Below are positions 38,801 to 46,391 of a stretch of DNA of 57,375 nt, piece after piece. Source of the DNA: a virus. Its lineage: Duplodnaviria; Caudoviricetes. The notes below the pieces were generated by a model. It searched no databases and was not told where the DNA came from. It saw only the letters and a program-made list of their open reading frames with translations. How positions within the stretch are numbered: the stretch's first letter is position 1; every line of letters begins with the position of its first letter. The position numbers and the translations under genes were made by a program. The DNA is taken from the IMG/VR virus record IMGVR_UViG_3300033150_001333, positions 1 to 57,375 of that record. The stretch is one strand, 5' to 3'.

Positions 38801-39080
38801 GTTTGCAAAATGGACAAAATATAATAAAGAAATAATTAAAAAGATAATTAAGGCAAAAAAAGAGAAAAGAAATGATTTAGCTCGCTTCTGGTCAACTCAG
38901 TTAATAGAGCAAAAAGCAGTTGAAACATCTATTAGAAATAGATTAGGAAGACATGAAAGTGCACCAAATTTGTTAATGATGAGCTGGTGGAAAAAAGGAC
39001 AAAAAGGTTATGAAGAAGCTGTTAAAGTTATTCTCTTAAGGGAATATTTACGCAGGCTTAAACAAAGGTTAAGGAGGTAA
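32853..39080 (+). CDS. Giant ejection/polyvalent protein with zincin HExxH motif
   Basis: 2075 aa; twin PVDYDPF motifs, Lys/Glu/Pro linkers, TLAHEMLHA, helical C-terminal half with hydrophobic segments. Confidence 0.75.
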   Translation: MPLTPVDYDPFKEEKQSSKKLTKKQKAKLVPVDYDPFASEKKQPEISAEKGIPQYLIPFSKYLGIEPTYVKPGSFLGNLLAVPHAFFEAGTTAFESPYYILKGLGKILRLPSLEKAGEWGIKGLEPTRRHHELMRKQLYVPPTSPTARLAHSISKKVAEAIGSFARPDLPVLVASPTAYGFLSGLETLGAGAPPTQALTAGIHGMIAGKTFEAVRGLSPMQALTRAGAVGATPEVARGLITGKPEQIGKGIEEGLSLGIFSALATIKTPLAREIYRNKVKAGVPREKALQTASLVEETIKSLDIDKAKSLPLKEKEIQKVEKIIREISKQIEDLPEVIKGKRGYKTEKGAKIGLRLFAKENKLPKDMDLTQHYNLEKDEAGNFVWRKITEKPTEIKPAIKPKEEVKPPEVEIPKEEKPPAKEIKEKVEEKPKKAKPYESVEPGSAEWMKIWKEHPELQKEMAEIRQKQIVEEGKKEEALPEAKPEKEPPKEKPPVVPLTKTLYENSYPIELSKASEVFPKHRLGVDYVVKLVDKNTGKVTWASLSEKRARELFPRSFEEKAKEVPKAEAEWQPVKDYSKEITEGTHVKWKYKGKEGEGIATGKTGRRKTGFVYHKVKTPEGKTKYMPWTPKAEYWIKAEKKVKPVKETKAEVKEKEPIIAISKREPNLQFEIDRIEGNKFIVKRPVIISTLKGEEGKIVETPDKYLIGREYPVENFRFVTPKEYVAEVKTKEAKIKAEREAQRETERKKQEEIKQALKAKPVTDKYYIYLKDKGFEEVEKAYPVKISGFEKYDLFAHKVGKKWKVSESKTGVAITKALPTRKEAIKQATEILNRHKEKSDEMIEDAIAYALSQTGISPRYKPISKEPTITQPKENLYEVRHPEKKTWYQIKEDPETEQWRVIKFEPYETIHEGQKVTVNKATETKFFKTLEEAKDFAQKGIIGKPVEVKISSFVKDAYLEEYGKEKGTQELSNLKNKVQKAWDILKKKYPQYANKITSITIHRMSPEDIALGGVSSIGKKGDVIVDPTHAKTEPMETLAHEMLHATGATEKEARAFEKTISKETKFYSGIPIDEIVKTVNETTKKVVDYIKQKKIEKVDKAEIEHTDRFLSFYAKQIPKVLTRLYEKEHLKTAHPETVYREALGELPTTMPEKVKKPIVNALDASREHDYKLSGYEIKVKEKLLGSYNAIYKIYGKKGIKRFFDLLSAEAHKRHAISEKQLKELPPEFQLAYKRTKEYLLNPLKEYMKFLEEKYPEGYKTEEMAKKALAEVAEKKQIENIESLYTLKQNKANLFYWEKNPNAEKIAKKKLPQIITKWNKEYQKVKELLKQAEKDYFYQPTVRTHEDIILVLKKPKKEGAKSTVVGAFEFPNERKAKQQYNRMLKGDYTAILNWFRRVGDLEAGRDFVNNIKKGDYTLKLIKFKTEPTYTPEDIPLQSVMGILSKYKGKQIKAKNLQAKAIAEDIQRFIEKFVNPISVKSFHLEKKNIPGWSLDPLDRNDILLRRVLSEKSLIEKLKLSDVITNSFAQIDPEQHPQYYKWLSDFNKYMMTPREPETTRRILSAWSMWGNAMSVIANATQSYILGPAVIIENKLNPAKFLKYETEYLRKYIESDYDSKDLAYLEWGKKNGVFAPTAWKEAMLGLTGERGGVIPKIEDIGYAGFTFVESVKNRMNTFLSVAKMLEEKGMPFEEAMKKARDITFDIHFDMNKWNTLIRKKYPRLFQTLMSFTFHSFKTLRRLIFKSFPSARERKYAIGALATFYLTHFLVGGMAATPGGELFWQMVDIPFKKVFRQSIKTYLMNEFSDKERKKLRLFIQYGLLGLAGLPSVADRIGFGYREVSKLNNFIADAMAHLAPIPVMVANQAVKAIRMTQKGYSWPTAISQQFSPTVVRNISRTLYAIKKGYLPTSYGKPLQDIYGNNFVPTGLEEIAMSFIGAIPPEQQEIYEIKEAQRKKEDIRLAHLHDITNDIVLGYLDKDYARIGRGFAKWTKYNKEIIKKIIKAKKEKRNDLARFWSTQLIEQKAVETSIRNRLGRHESAPNLLMMSWWKKGQKGYEEAVKVILLREYLRRLKQRLRR

Positions 39081-39084
39081 TATA

Positions 39085-39342
39085 ATGGGAGAGAACAAAG
39101 ATAAACAGGCAGGATTACAGTGGCTTTGGCAACATGCTCTTTTCTTGCCTAAGAATAGTGTAAGGGCAATTGCATTTCTGTTTACACTTATGCTTCTTGG
39201 TTATCTAGCATTAAATTTAAAAGGGCAAGTTCAAATGACGATTATAGGTGGACTTATTAGCGTGCTTACAAGTGCTCTGCATTATTATTTTGGAGGAAGA
39301 GAAAAACAAGAGGAGAGAAATAATGAGCAAAGTAATAGCTGA
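39085..39342 (+). CDS. Holin-like membrane protein (two TM helices)
   Basis: LPKNSVRAIAFLFTLMLLGYLAL...IIGGLISVLTSALHYYFG, charged tail. Confidence 0.6.
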   Translation: MGENKDKQAGLQWLWQHALFLPKNSVRAIAFLFTLMLLGYLALNLKGQVQMTIIGGLISVLTSALHYYFGGREKQEERNNEQSNS

Positions 39343-39640
39343 AAATGAGAATTGGAGAATAAGACAAGCAGAAGGAGACAATTATGCTCTTACTTGTGCA
39401 AAAGGCCACTTCACATTCTACATTAAGGGTAAAAATGAAAAGCTGGTATTCTATAATACTCTTAAATCAGTAGAAGCAAAAATGAAAGAGGTAGCTTTTC
39501 TTACTTTTGGCGGATGGTTTGCTTTATGGTTAACTACAGAAGATGTAGCATTTCTTTTAGCAAATCTTCCTATGACTGATGCAGAAAAACAGGCAAGTAT
39601 AAATGCTGAAGTAGTAGATGAAAAGATAACTATTCAGTAA
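39323..39640 (+). CDS. Hypothetical protein (likely start MSKVIAE)
   Basis: GGAG SD before the internal ATG. Confidence 0.6.
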   Translation: MSKVIAENENWRIRQAEGDNYALTCAKGHFTFYIKGKNEKLVFYNTLKSVEAKMKEVAFLTFGGWFALWLTTEDVAFLLANLPMTDAEKQASINAEVVDEKITIQ

Positions 39641-40297
39641 ATGATGGAAAATAAAAAGATAATTTGTATCAGCGACCTTCACATTCCTTATACTAGCCGA
39701 TATTTTATTCCTTTTGCTGGTTATGCTTGTAAAGCGGATAAGGTAATTTTTAATGGAGATATTCTGGATTTAGTGAGATGCAATACAAACGAAATTAAAA
39801 ATAGCTATATTGGACAAAAGTTGATTAGTGCATTGAAAAAGATTGTAAAATCAACCCAAACAATGTTCATTGAGGGTAATCATGACCCAGAATTAGAAAA
39901 AAGTCTAACTGAATTATTAGGAATGGAAATTGCTACATTCCCTTTTTATCGTATAGGCAGGATAGGATTTGTGCATGGACATCAATTTGACCCCTTCTGC
40001 AAACATTGGAATTGGCAATTACTATCAAAGTTTGGGCCTTGGTTTTTTAATCCACCTTCTAGATGGAAACAGAAAGATAGAGAAAAATGGAAAGAGAAAA
40101 TAGGAAAAATATATACAGAAGCATTTTCTTTCTTAGAAAAAGCTAGTTGGTGTAGAATATTAGTTATTGGACATACTCATTATCCTTCTGTCCATAAATT
40201 GGAAACAGGACAAAAGCTAGCTGATTGTGGAGATTGGATAGATAGTAAGAGTTGGGTGGAAATTGAAAGAGGTAAAGTGGAAATTAAAACATTGTAA
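39641..40297 (+). CDS. Calcineurin-like metallophosphoesterase (LpxH-like motifs)
   Basis: ISDLH, NGDILD, EGNHD, HGHQFD, GHTH, CGDW. Confidence 0.9.
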   Translation: MMENKKIICISDLHIPYTSRYFIPFAGYACKADKVIFNGDILDLVRCNTNEIKNSYIGQKLISALKKIVKSTQTMFIEGNHDPELEKSLTELLGMEIATFPFYRIGRIGFVHGHQFDPFCKHWNWQLLSKFGPWFFNPPSRWKQKDREKWKEKIGKIYTEAFSFLEKASWCRILVIGHTHYPSVHKLETGQKLADCGDWIDSKSWVEIERGKVEIKTL

Positions 40298-41579
40298 GCT
40301 ACCCCTTTTTTACGGAAGGGGCTTTATCAGTGAGGAATAATCCTCCTGATTTAGGGCAGGCTTACAAACTGCCCAGCCCAAGAAGGAACTTTTGCCTTCA
40401 AGGGCAAAGATAGCAAGATTTTTGGAGGCATTGTAATCAGCATGGACTTGATAGCCACAAGCCTTACAACAAAAAACAGAACCATTACGATTAGAAGATT
40501 GAATATGGCCACACTTACTACATCTTTGAGAACTGTATTTAGGGTCAACAAACCAAACATCAATACCCTCTTCAAGTGCTTTGTATTGAATATAATTTGG
40601 GAGTTTAGAAAATGCCCAGAGAGAAACTTTATGTTTTTCAGCTTTTCTCCATTTTTTTACACTTCCTCTAATACTATTAAGATTTTCCATAGCAATTACT
40701 TGAGCACCAATCCTTTTTGCCTTCTCAACAATTTGCCGAGAAATATTATGCAAAACCCAGTTAACAAAGCGGTTTTCTCGCCCACTCATTCTCTTAAGCA
40801 AGAGATGGGCAGAGCGAGTGCCTTTCTTTTGGATTTTGCTTCTCCGTTCGGCAAACTGTCTTCTTTTATCATTAAGCATTCCTGCTTTAAAAAATTTGCC
40901 TATAGAGGTTACAGCAATATTCTTAACTCCCAAATCAACTCCCATAACAGTTTCAGGTTTTCTAACAAGAGCGGGTTTAATTATTGTAATATTAAGAAAG
41001 AAATCTTTGCCATTATAAGAAAGTGTAGCAGTCCTAAATTCATAATTTGTATTATCAAGTATTTTCTTTTGATAATCTCCAAGAAGATATTTGGCTTTTA
41101 CTCTACCATTTACAGTAGAAAAAGTGCATTCTCTATTTTTAATAGTTACAGTTCTTTTATCAAGTTGAATTGCAGAAAAAGGCCTGAAGGTTGGTTTAGT
41201 TGCTTTTCTCTTTTTACTCCAATTGATAACACAAAGTTTAACCGCATCACAAGCTTTATTCCGAGCAGAACATATCAAATTAGCTTGAAGATTGGTTTGC
41301 TTTTTAAGTGGATAGTAAACAAGTTTATGGAGTTTAGATTTATTGATTATCTTCTTTTCAGGCTTCCATGCTTCATTTATGCAAAAATTAAGAGCAAAAT
41401 TATATTGTCTAAAAGTTTCAAGAACATCTTGCTTTCTTTCTTGTGGAATATCCAGTTTTACTTTACAAGTCTTGATTATTTTTCTCATCGTGGTAAAATT
41501 ATATCATGTTTATCTGAAATGTCAAGAAAGGAGTAAAAAGGCAATTCCTCCCCACCCTTACGGATGGGGTCTCCTTGCC
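40294..41579 (-). mobile_element. IS200/IS605-family tnpB-only insertion sequence
   Basis: Left-end hairpin GGCAATTCCTCCCCACCCTTACGGATGGGGTCTCCTTGCC (41540-41579); right end AAAGCCCCTTCCGTAAAAAAGGGGTAGCTTAC; no tnpA; opposite to the host operon. Confidence 0.85.
40310..41488 (-). CDS. tnpB: TnpB RNA-guided endonuclease
   Basis: RuvC-I GVDLG, RuvC-II AMENL, Zn finger CSKCG...CKACG, RuvC-III HADYNAS; promoter TTGACA-16-TATAAT at 41525-41498. Confidence 0.95.
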   Translation of the reverse strand: MRKIIKTCKVKLDIPQERKQDVLETFRQYNFALNFCINEAWKPEKKIINKSKLHKLVYYPLKKQTNLQANLICSARNKACDAVKLCVINWSKKRKATKPTFRPFSAIQLDKRTVTIKNRECTFSTVNGRVKAKYLLGDYQKKILDNTNYEFRTATLSYNGKDFFLNITIIKPALVRKPETVMGVDLGVKNIAVTSIGKFFKAGMLNDKRRQFAERRSKIQKKGTRSAHLLLKRMSGRENRFVNWVLHNISRQIVEKAKRIGAQVIAMENLNSIRGSVKKWRKAEKHKVSLWAFSKLPNYIQYKALEEGIDVWFVDPKYSSQRCSKCGHIQSSNRNGSVFCCKACGYQVHADYNASKNLAIFALEGKSSFLGWAVCKPALNQEDYSSLIKPLP

Positions 41580-41588
41580 TAATTCTAG

Positions 41589-41774
41589 ATGAACCAGCAA
41601 GAGATAGAAGCAAGAAGACTTACTACTTTAATCAAGCAGTGGGCAATAGAAATTAGGACTAGATGTTCTGAAACAGAAGACCCAGAAGAGTGCAAAAGAC
41701 TTATAGAACAATTACTTAAAGCATGTGAAAAGTTTGAACGGTTGATAAATTTAATTGGATATTTTAAAAATTAA
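41589..41774 (+). CDS. Small helical hypothetical protein
   Basis: 61-aa ORF on the late strand. Confidence 0.55.
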   Translation: MNQQEIEARRLTTLIKQWAIEIRTRCSETEDPEECKRLIEQLLKACEKFERLINLIGYFKN

Positions 41775-41787
41775 GCAGGAGGCAAAA

Positions 41788-42162
41788 ATGAAGAAATTAC
41801 CTATTATTTTTCTCTGCTTTATATTTTTGGGTTGTGCTGGGCATACAGGTAAGCTTGTCAAGAATTATGATGATTTTATGAAACAGGCTAATGAGTTGGC
41901 CATTGTTCTTTGCACACATAGTGAATTCTCCACTTGTTATTGGCAGGCTGCACTAGGAGATGATATAAACAAACTGCCTGCTGAAGCTTTAAACATTCTG
42001 GATGAGATTGAACAAACAGTTAAAGGTAAAACGGTAGATGAACTAACGGAATGTGAAAAAGGGAAGTTATTAGGTTTATGGCAGAGATTTACTTATCTTG
42101 TAGGCAAGGATATAATAGAGAAGGTCGTGCCTTATATGATTAAGTTTGTAGGGGCTTTGTAA
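41788..42162 (+). CDS. Lipoprotein (spanin-like candidate)
   Basis: GGAGG SD, MKKLPIIFLCFIFLG-C lipobox. Confidence 0.7.
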   Translation: MKKLPIIFLCFIFLGCAGHTGKLVKNYDDFMKQANELAIVLCTHSEFSTCYWQAALGDDINKLPAEALNILDEIEQTVKGKTVDELTECEKGKLLGLWQRFTYLVGKDIIEKVVPYMIKFVGAL

Positions 42163-42323
42163 TGACATGGAAAGAATTTAAAGAGAAAGTTGATAAAGAA
42201 TTAAAAGAGCTTGAGATTAATGAGGATACTAATATTTGTTGGATTGATGTTACCTTTTATATTTCTACGGAAGTGAAAATTAGATATGACCGTGGTGGGA
42301 AGTGTTTAATAATTGAAAATTGA
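42162..42323 (+). CDS. Small hypothetical protein, 53 aa, not in ORF track
   Basis: MTWKEFKEKVDKELKELEINEDTNICWIDV...; TAATG coupling. Confidence 0.55.
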   Translation: MTWKEFKEKVDKELKELEINEDTNICWIDVTFYISTEVKIRYDRGGKCLIIEN

Positions 42324-42507
42324 GATGGAAAATAGAGAAACATGCTGACGAATGGTGGATTAGAATTAAATATAACATGTTTCAGTTAAGGGAAACAGAG
42401 ATAGTAGTTATAGAAATAGAGGACTTGCTTTATGCTGGCCCAAATAAAAAGATAAAAAATAAAATGGTTAGATTATTTAGGAAATTATATGGGAAGGAGG
42501 TTCGGTA

Positions 42508-43026
42508 ATGCCTGCTGAATTGCTTATAAAGGCTTGTGATGCAACCCACAGTAATGAGGTAAAAGACCTGCGGGGTTGTTATAAAAAAGGTTATGTGGTT
42601 GTAATTAAGCCTGATGGTTGGAAATGGGGCAAAGAAGAACTAAACAAGGAAAAGTTTTACATTGTCCGAGTTAAGGATGCTAATCCTGAAGACTTGCAAC
42701 ATCTAATACAATTCCATGAAATAAGCCTTGGAACTAGATACCATGCTATGTCAGATAAACTCGGTGTTTTTGTTAGCAGTCCAGACAAGGATGCTGCCGA
42801 GAGTGAGTGTTTGAAGAAATGTCAACTTGTGGCTCAAGAGTTAACTCGCTTTGGGATTAATGTAGGTGAAGAAGACTATAATATTAAAATTAAAGAAGAA
42901 CCAGAAATCCATACAATAGCACGGAGGCGGTATAAAATTGATATTAGTGGAATGGAAGATAGTTTAAAGAAAGGCATAATTGAGGTAAATGCAAAAGATT
43001 TAAAAATCATTGACCAGAGACAATAA
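42508..43026 (+). CDS. Virion-associated partner of the downstream beta-helix protein
   Basis: MPAELLIKA...YKKGYVVVIKPDGWKWGKEE...RRRYKID; TAATG coupling. Confidence 0.6.
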   Translation: MPAELLIKACDATHSNEVKDLRGCYKKGYVVVIKPDGWKWGKEELNKEKFYIVRVKDANPEDLQHLIQFHEISLGTRYHAMSDKLGVFVSSPDKDAAESECLKKCQLVAQELTRFGINVGEEDYNIKIKEEPEIHTIARRRYKIDISGMEDSLKKGIIEVNAKDLKIIDQRQ

Positions 43027-44555
43027 TGGCAACTGAAGTAGTAAAAGTGATTGACCCAGACAATGGCACGGGAGCGGATTATACCTCTCTTTCTGCTTGG
43101 GAAGCAGGAGAGGAGAAAGATTTACAACAGGCAGATGAGATAGCTGTTGCCAAGTGCCGATGCACAGGTGGAAGTGCAGATACTGATGCTGTGGTTATTG
43201 ATGGTAGTTGGAATCCAGATGCTACTCGTTACATTAAAATCTGGACTGACCCAAGTGAAGGATATAGGCATGATGGGAAATGGAATGACAGTAAATACAG
43301 GTTAGTTAATAATGCTGATTCTTATGCACTTGATGTTAATGAGCCTTATACGAAAATTGAGGGACTTCAAATCAGACAAACAGGGCCTGGTGATTACAAT
43401 CACGCTTTGGATGTTAGGAATGCTTCTTATTTTGAAGTTTCATATACTATCGTTCGTGGATGCAACGGAAATAATGCAAAGGGGATTTATGGAAGTGTAT
43501 CTGAAGGTCCTGTAAAACTTTGGAATAACATTGTTTATGATTTTAATAGCTCAGATGGAATAGTATTAAGTATATCCACGGCAGGACAAAAAGCTTATGT
43601 TTATAACAACACAGTTTATAATTGCAATATAGGTATTTATTCAGGAGGATACCAAGATATTGTAGCTAAAAATAACCTCGTTCAAGACTGCACTGATGGA
43701 TATGAAGGTGATTTTGACTCTGATTCTGATTACAACATCTCAGACATCTCTGGCGACGCACCAGGTGCAAATAGTAAGACCTGCACAGTTTCCTTTGTTG
43801 ATGAAGCTAATGATGATTTCCATCTTGCATCCAGTGATACTTGTACACGGAGCGGGACTTGGGATATTGGAGCGGATGAGTATGTAGTGGCTGGAGGCTT
43901 AATCAAAATAATGGATGAGACTGTTTCAATATCAGAGACTTTAATAAGAAGACTTTATGCAAATCGTTTTATCGGAGAGACAGTTGCAATTACTGAAACT
44001 ATGCCAAGGAGAGGATATTCAAATCGTTTAATAAACGAGACAATTACTATATCTGAAGGAATATTAAGAAGGTTAAGGTCAAATAGGATTATAAACGAGA
44101 CAATATCAATTGCTGAGGCAATATCTCGTAGAGCATTCTCAAGTAGAGTTATAAATGAAACATTAAGCATAGCTGAAGCAGTGCTTAAGCGATTAAGGGC
44201 TGTAAGGATTATCAGTGAGACTGTATCTGTATCTGAAAGCTTAGTAAGAAGATTACGGTCGATAAGGATAATTAGTGAGACAATTGGTATAACAGAGAAC
44301 TTTGTCCGTTCATGTGTTGCTACATTAGTAAAAATAATGAATGAAGTCATATCAATTACAGAAAATTTAGTTAAAATTAAAACTTTTATTGAAACAGTAA
44401 GTGAAGTAACAATAGGTAAAATAATTTTTCATGCTCATCGTGCATCTATAGGGTTTAAAAATTTTTATTCATCTATAGAATTTAAGAAGTTTTGTTCGTC
44501 TATAAGTTTTAAAAAGTTTATGGCTAAAATAAGCTTTAAAAGAAAAGGAGATTAA
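43026..44555 (+). CDS. Second beta-helix adhesin with 20-aa repeat stalk
   Basis: GADYTSLSAWEA, WNNIVY, YNNTVY, DFHLASSD...WDIGADEY then about seven I(N/S)ET(I/V)xIxExxxRR repeats. Confidence 0.75.
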   Translation: MATEVVKVIDPDNGTGADYTSLSAWEAGEEKDLQQADEIAVAKCRCTGGSADTDAVVIDGSWNPDATRYIKIWTDPSEGYRHDGKWNDSKYRLVNNADSYALDVNEPYTKIEGLQIRQTGPGDYNHALDVRNASYFEVSYTIVRGCNGNNAKGIYGSVSEGPVKLWNNIVYDFNSSDGIVLSISTAGQKAYVYNNTVYNCNIGIYSGGYQDIVAKNNLVQDCTDGYEGDFDSDSDYNISDISGDAPGANSKTCTVSFVDEANDDFHLASSDTCTRSGTWDIGADEYVVAGGLIKIMDETVSISETLIRRLYANRFIGETVAITETMPRRGYSNRLINETITISEGILRRLRSNRIINETISIAEAISRRAFSSRVINETLSIAEAVLKRLRAVRIISETVSVSESLVRRLRSIRIISETIGITENFVRSCVATLVKIMNEVISITENLVKIKTFIETVSEVTIGKIIFHAHRASIGFKNFYSSIEFKKFCSSISFKKFMAKISFKRKGD

Positions 44556-44675
44556 ATGTTTAAAAAATTACTTAGAAAAATCTTACGATATGTAAGAGAG
44601 AAAATGATAAGAGAAAAGATTGATATTTCAGATAATATGATTGTAGTTTTTAAATCTAAAGAAAAGAGGTGAAAC

Positions 44676-44927
44676 ATGAATGAATTAAATGATTTTTTTA
44701 AATTTTTGGAAGAAAAAGAAGAGAATAAGTCTGTATTTAGTTTTGAAGCTCTTAAACTTATTTTTATGAAACTAGTAGCTCAAGAGATTAAGGATAGTGG
44801 TTTTGACAGTTCAGTAGCATTTGAGGGTGATTTAGTAAAATGCAAACAGGTAGGCCATGACCAATTTCTTATGTTATTGAATGGAAAACAATTAGACAGA
44901 ATATTTAAAATGATTAAGGAGAAATGA
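44676..44927 (+). CDS. Hypothetical protein paralogous to the middle of 2869..3510
   Basis: MKLVAQEIKDSGF...FLMLLNGKQLDRI. Confidence 0.65.
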   Translation: MNELNDFFKFLEEKEENKSVFSFEALKLIFMKLVAQEIKDSGFDSSVAFEGDLVKCKQVGHDQFLMLLNGKQLDRIFKMIKEK

Positions 44928-44960
44928 AATTAAAATTATTTTAGAAGGAGGGAAAGAAGA

Positions 44961-45533
44961 ATGTTACTCGGTAAGAAAATTAAGTTAGGTAGGTTTGGAA
45001 AAATTTGGGTGCCGTTAAGGGTAATGTTTAATGAAGACTTAGCTTTACTGTCTGATGCTCTAGTTGTTCTTGTAAATGAAAAAACAGCAGACCGCATAAT
45101 TATCCCTGGACGCAATATTGTAACTGATGAGGGTGATAAATATTATGCTCAAAAGGCTTGTGGTGAAACTCCAGATAATGACTTTAATTCTCTTTATCTA
45201 GCGACGGCAGGTCCTGACCCTGTTGGTAAATCAGATAATTATGGCAGTTTTACTGTAGCTAGCGGTAGCGAAAAAGCCGTAAGTTCGGGTTATCCCAAGA
45301 CCAATGACAGTGATAGTGATAATACAGGTGCTGGTGTTGATGTAATAACTTGGTTATTTCAATATTCAACCAGTGATGGGCCTTTTAGTAATATAACTCA
45401 TTCATTTATTTCAATAGCTAGTGCTAGTGGCACTGACCCGATATTGAATAGTTACAAATGGGCATCTAGTTGGGATAAGGACGGCTCAACCTCTTGTAAA
45501 ATATTTGCAAACCATACTGAAAATGGGACATAA
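44961..45533 (+). CDS. Putative virion structural protein
   Basis: RNIVTDEGDKYYAQ...YPKTNDSDSDNTGAGVDVITW; SD present. Confidence 0.6.
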   Translation: MLLGKKIKLGRFGKIWVPLRVMFNEDLALLSDALVVLVNEKTADRIIIPGRNIVTDEGDKYYAQKACGETPDNDFNSLYLATAGPDPVGKSDNYGSFTVASGSEKAVSSGYPKTNDSDSDNTGAGVDVITWLFQYSTSDGPFSNITHSFISIASASGTDPILNSYKWASSWDKDGSTSCKIFANHTENGT

Positions 45534-45536
45534 AAG

Positions 45537-45890
45537 ATGCCGATAGATTTAAGTTTTAATATTACAGAGCAAAGCGGTGTAGTTATTGAAGCTAATTTTA
45601 TGGATGTGGATGGTTCTACTATTCCTGTGGCTAATATCAAATCTATAAAGTGGACGTTGAAGGATGTGCTTACTGGTAATATTGTAAATAATAGAGAAGA
45701 TGTATCTGAAGATATAGATAATCCTGTTTATATTTTTCTGTCTGATGATGATTTAGCGATTGTTGATAGAACAAACAAATCAGAAAAGAAAGAGCTAATA
45801 GTAACTGTAATTTATGATAGTAAATATAAGACAAACGCAAAGCTTAATGAGTCATGTTTATTTAAAGTTGATAGGCTAACTTCTGGTTAA
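45537..45890 (+). CDS. Putative Ig-like/BppU-like fibre attachment protein
   Basis: Beta-rich NFMDVDG...IKWTLKD...IVNNR...LSDDDL. Confidence 0.5.
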   Translation: MPIDLSFNITEQSGVVIEANFMDVDGSTIPVANIKSIKWTLKDVLTGNIVNNREDVSEDIDNPVYIFLSDDDLAIVDRTNKSEKKELIVTVIYDSKYKTNAKLNESCLFKVDRLTSG

Positions 45891-45899
45891 AGAGATTGG

Positions 45900-46391
45900 A
45901 TGATTAAATTTCTTGCATACAAAGGCACTGATTGGCTGGCTAAAGTAATTAAGTGGGAAACTCAGTCAGATTATTCCCACATAGCATATCTTTATGATGA
46001 CAACCATATAATAGAATGTTGGCCTGAGCATTGGTATCAATTGTTGAATGTAAGGTGGAATATCAGGCCAATGTTTAAAGGATACAAAAAGGGTGATGAA
46101 TACGAGATATGGGGCTTAGAGGTTTCGGACGGACAAGCTTGTGTTATTCATAATTTCTTTCTAGGGCTTGTAGAGAAGAAAGCCAAATTTGATTATGTAG
46201 CTGGATTTGGATTATTTACAAAATGGAAGAAAGAAAAAATAGGACAATATTTTTGCAGTGAAGGATGTATTACTCCACTTGTAAGAATATTTGATTGGAC
46301 ACATATTAAGCCTTGGAAAGTAACGCCTGAAAATTTCATACAAATTATTCAGGCTTGTGGTGGGAAGTTAATAGAAAAAGGTAAAGTTTAA
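45900..46391 (+). CDS. Permuted papain-like NlpC/P60 (YiiX/YebB-type) enzyme
   Basis: N-terminal YSHIAY (His) and C-terminal YFCSEG (Cys), plus FDY and VTP. Confidence 0.8.
   Translation: MIKFLAYKGTDWLAKVIKWETQSDYSHIAYLYDDNHIIECWPEHWYQLLNVRWNIRPMFKGYKKGDEYEIWGLEVSDGQACVIHNFFLGLVEKKAKFDYVAGFGLFTKWKKEKIGQYFCSEGCITPLVRIFDWTHIKPWKVTPENFIQIIQACGGKLIEKGKV

Noticed and set aside
40442-41536. 364-aa plus-strand ORF
   Set aside because: Antisense shadow of tnpB; no motifs or SD, composition typical of a reverse frame
24377-44555. Diversity-generating retroelement acting on fibres or spikes
   Set aside because: No reverse transcriptase and no template/variable repeat pair noticed by eye; a self dot-plot would confirm
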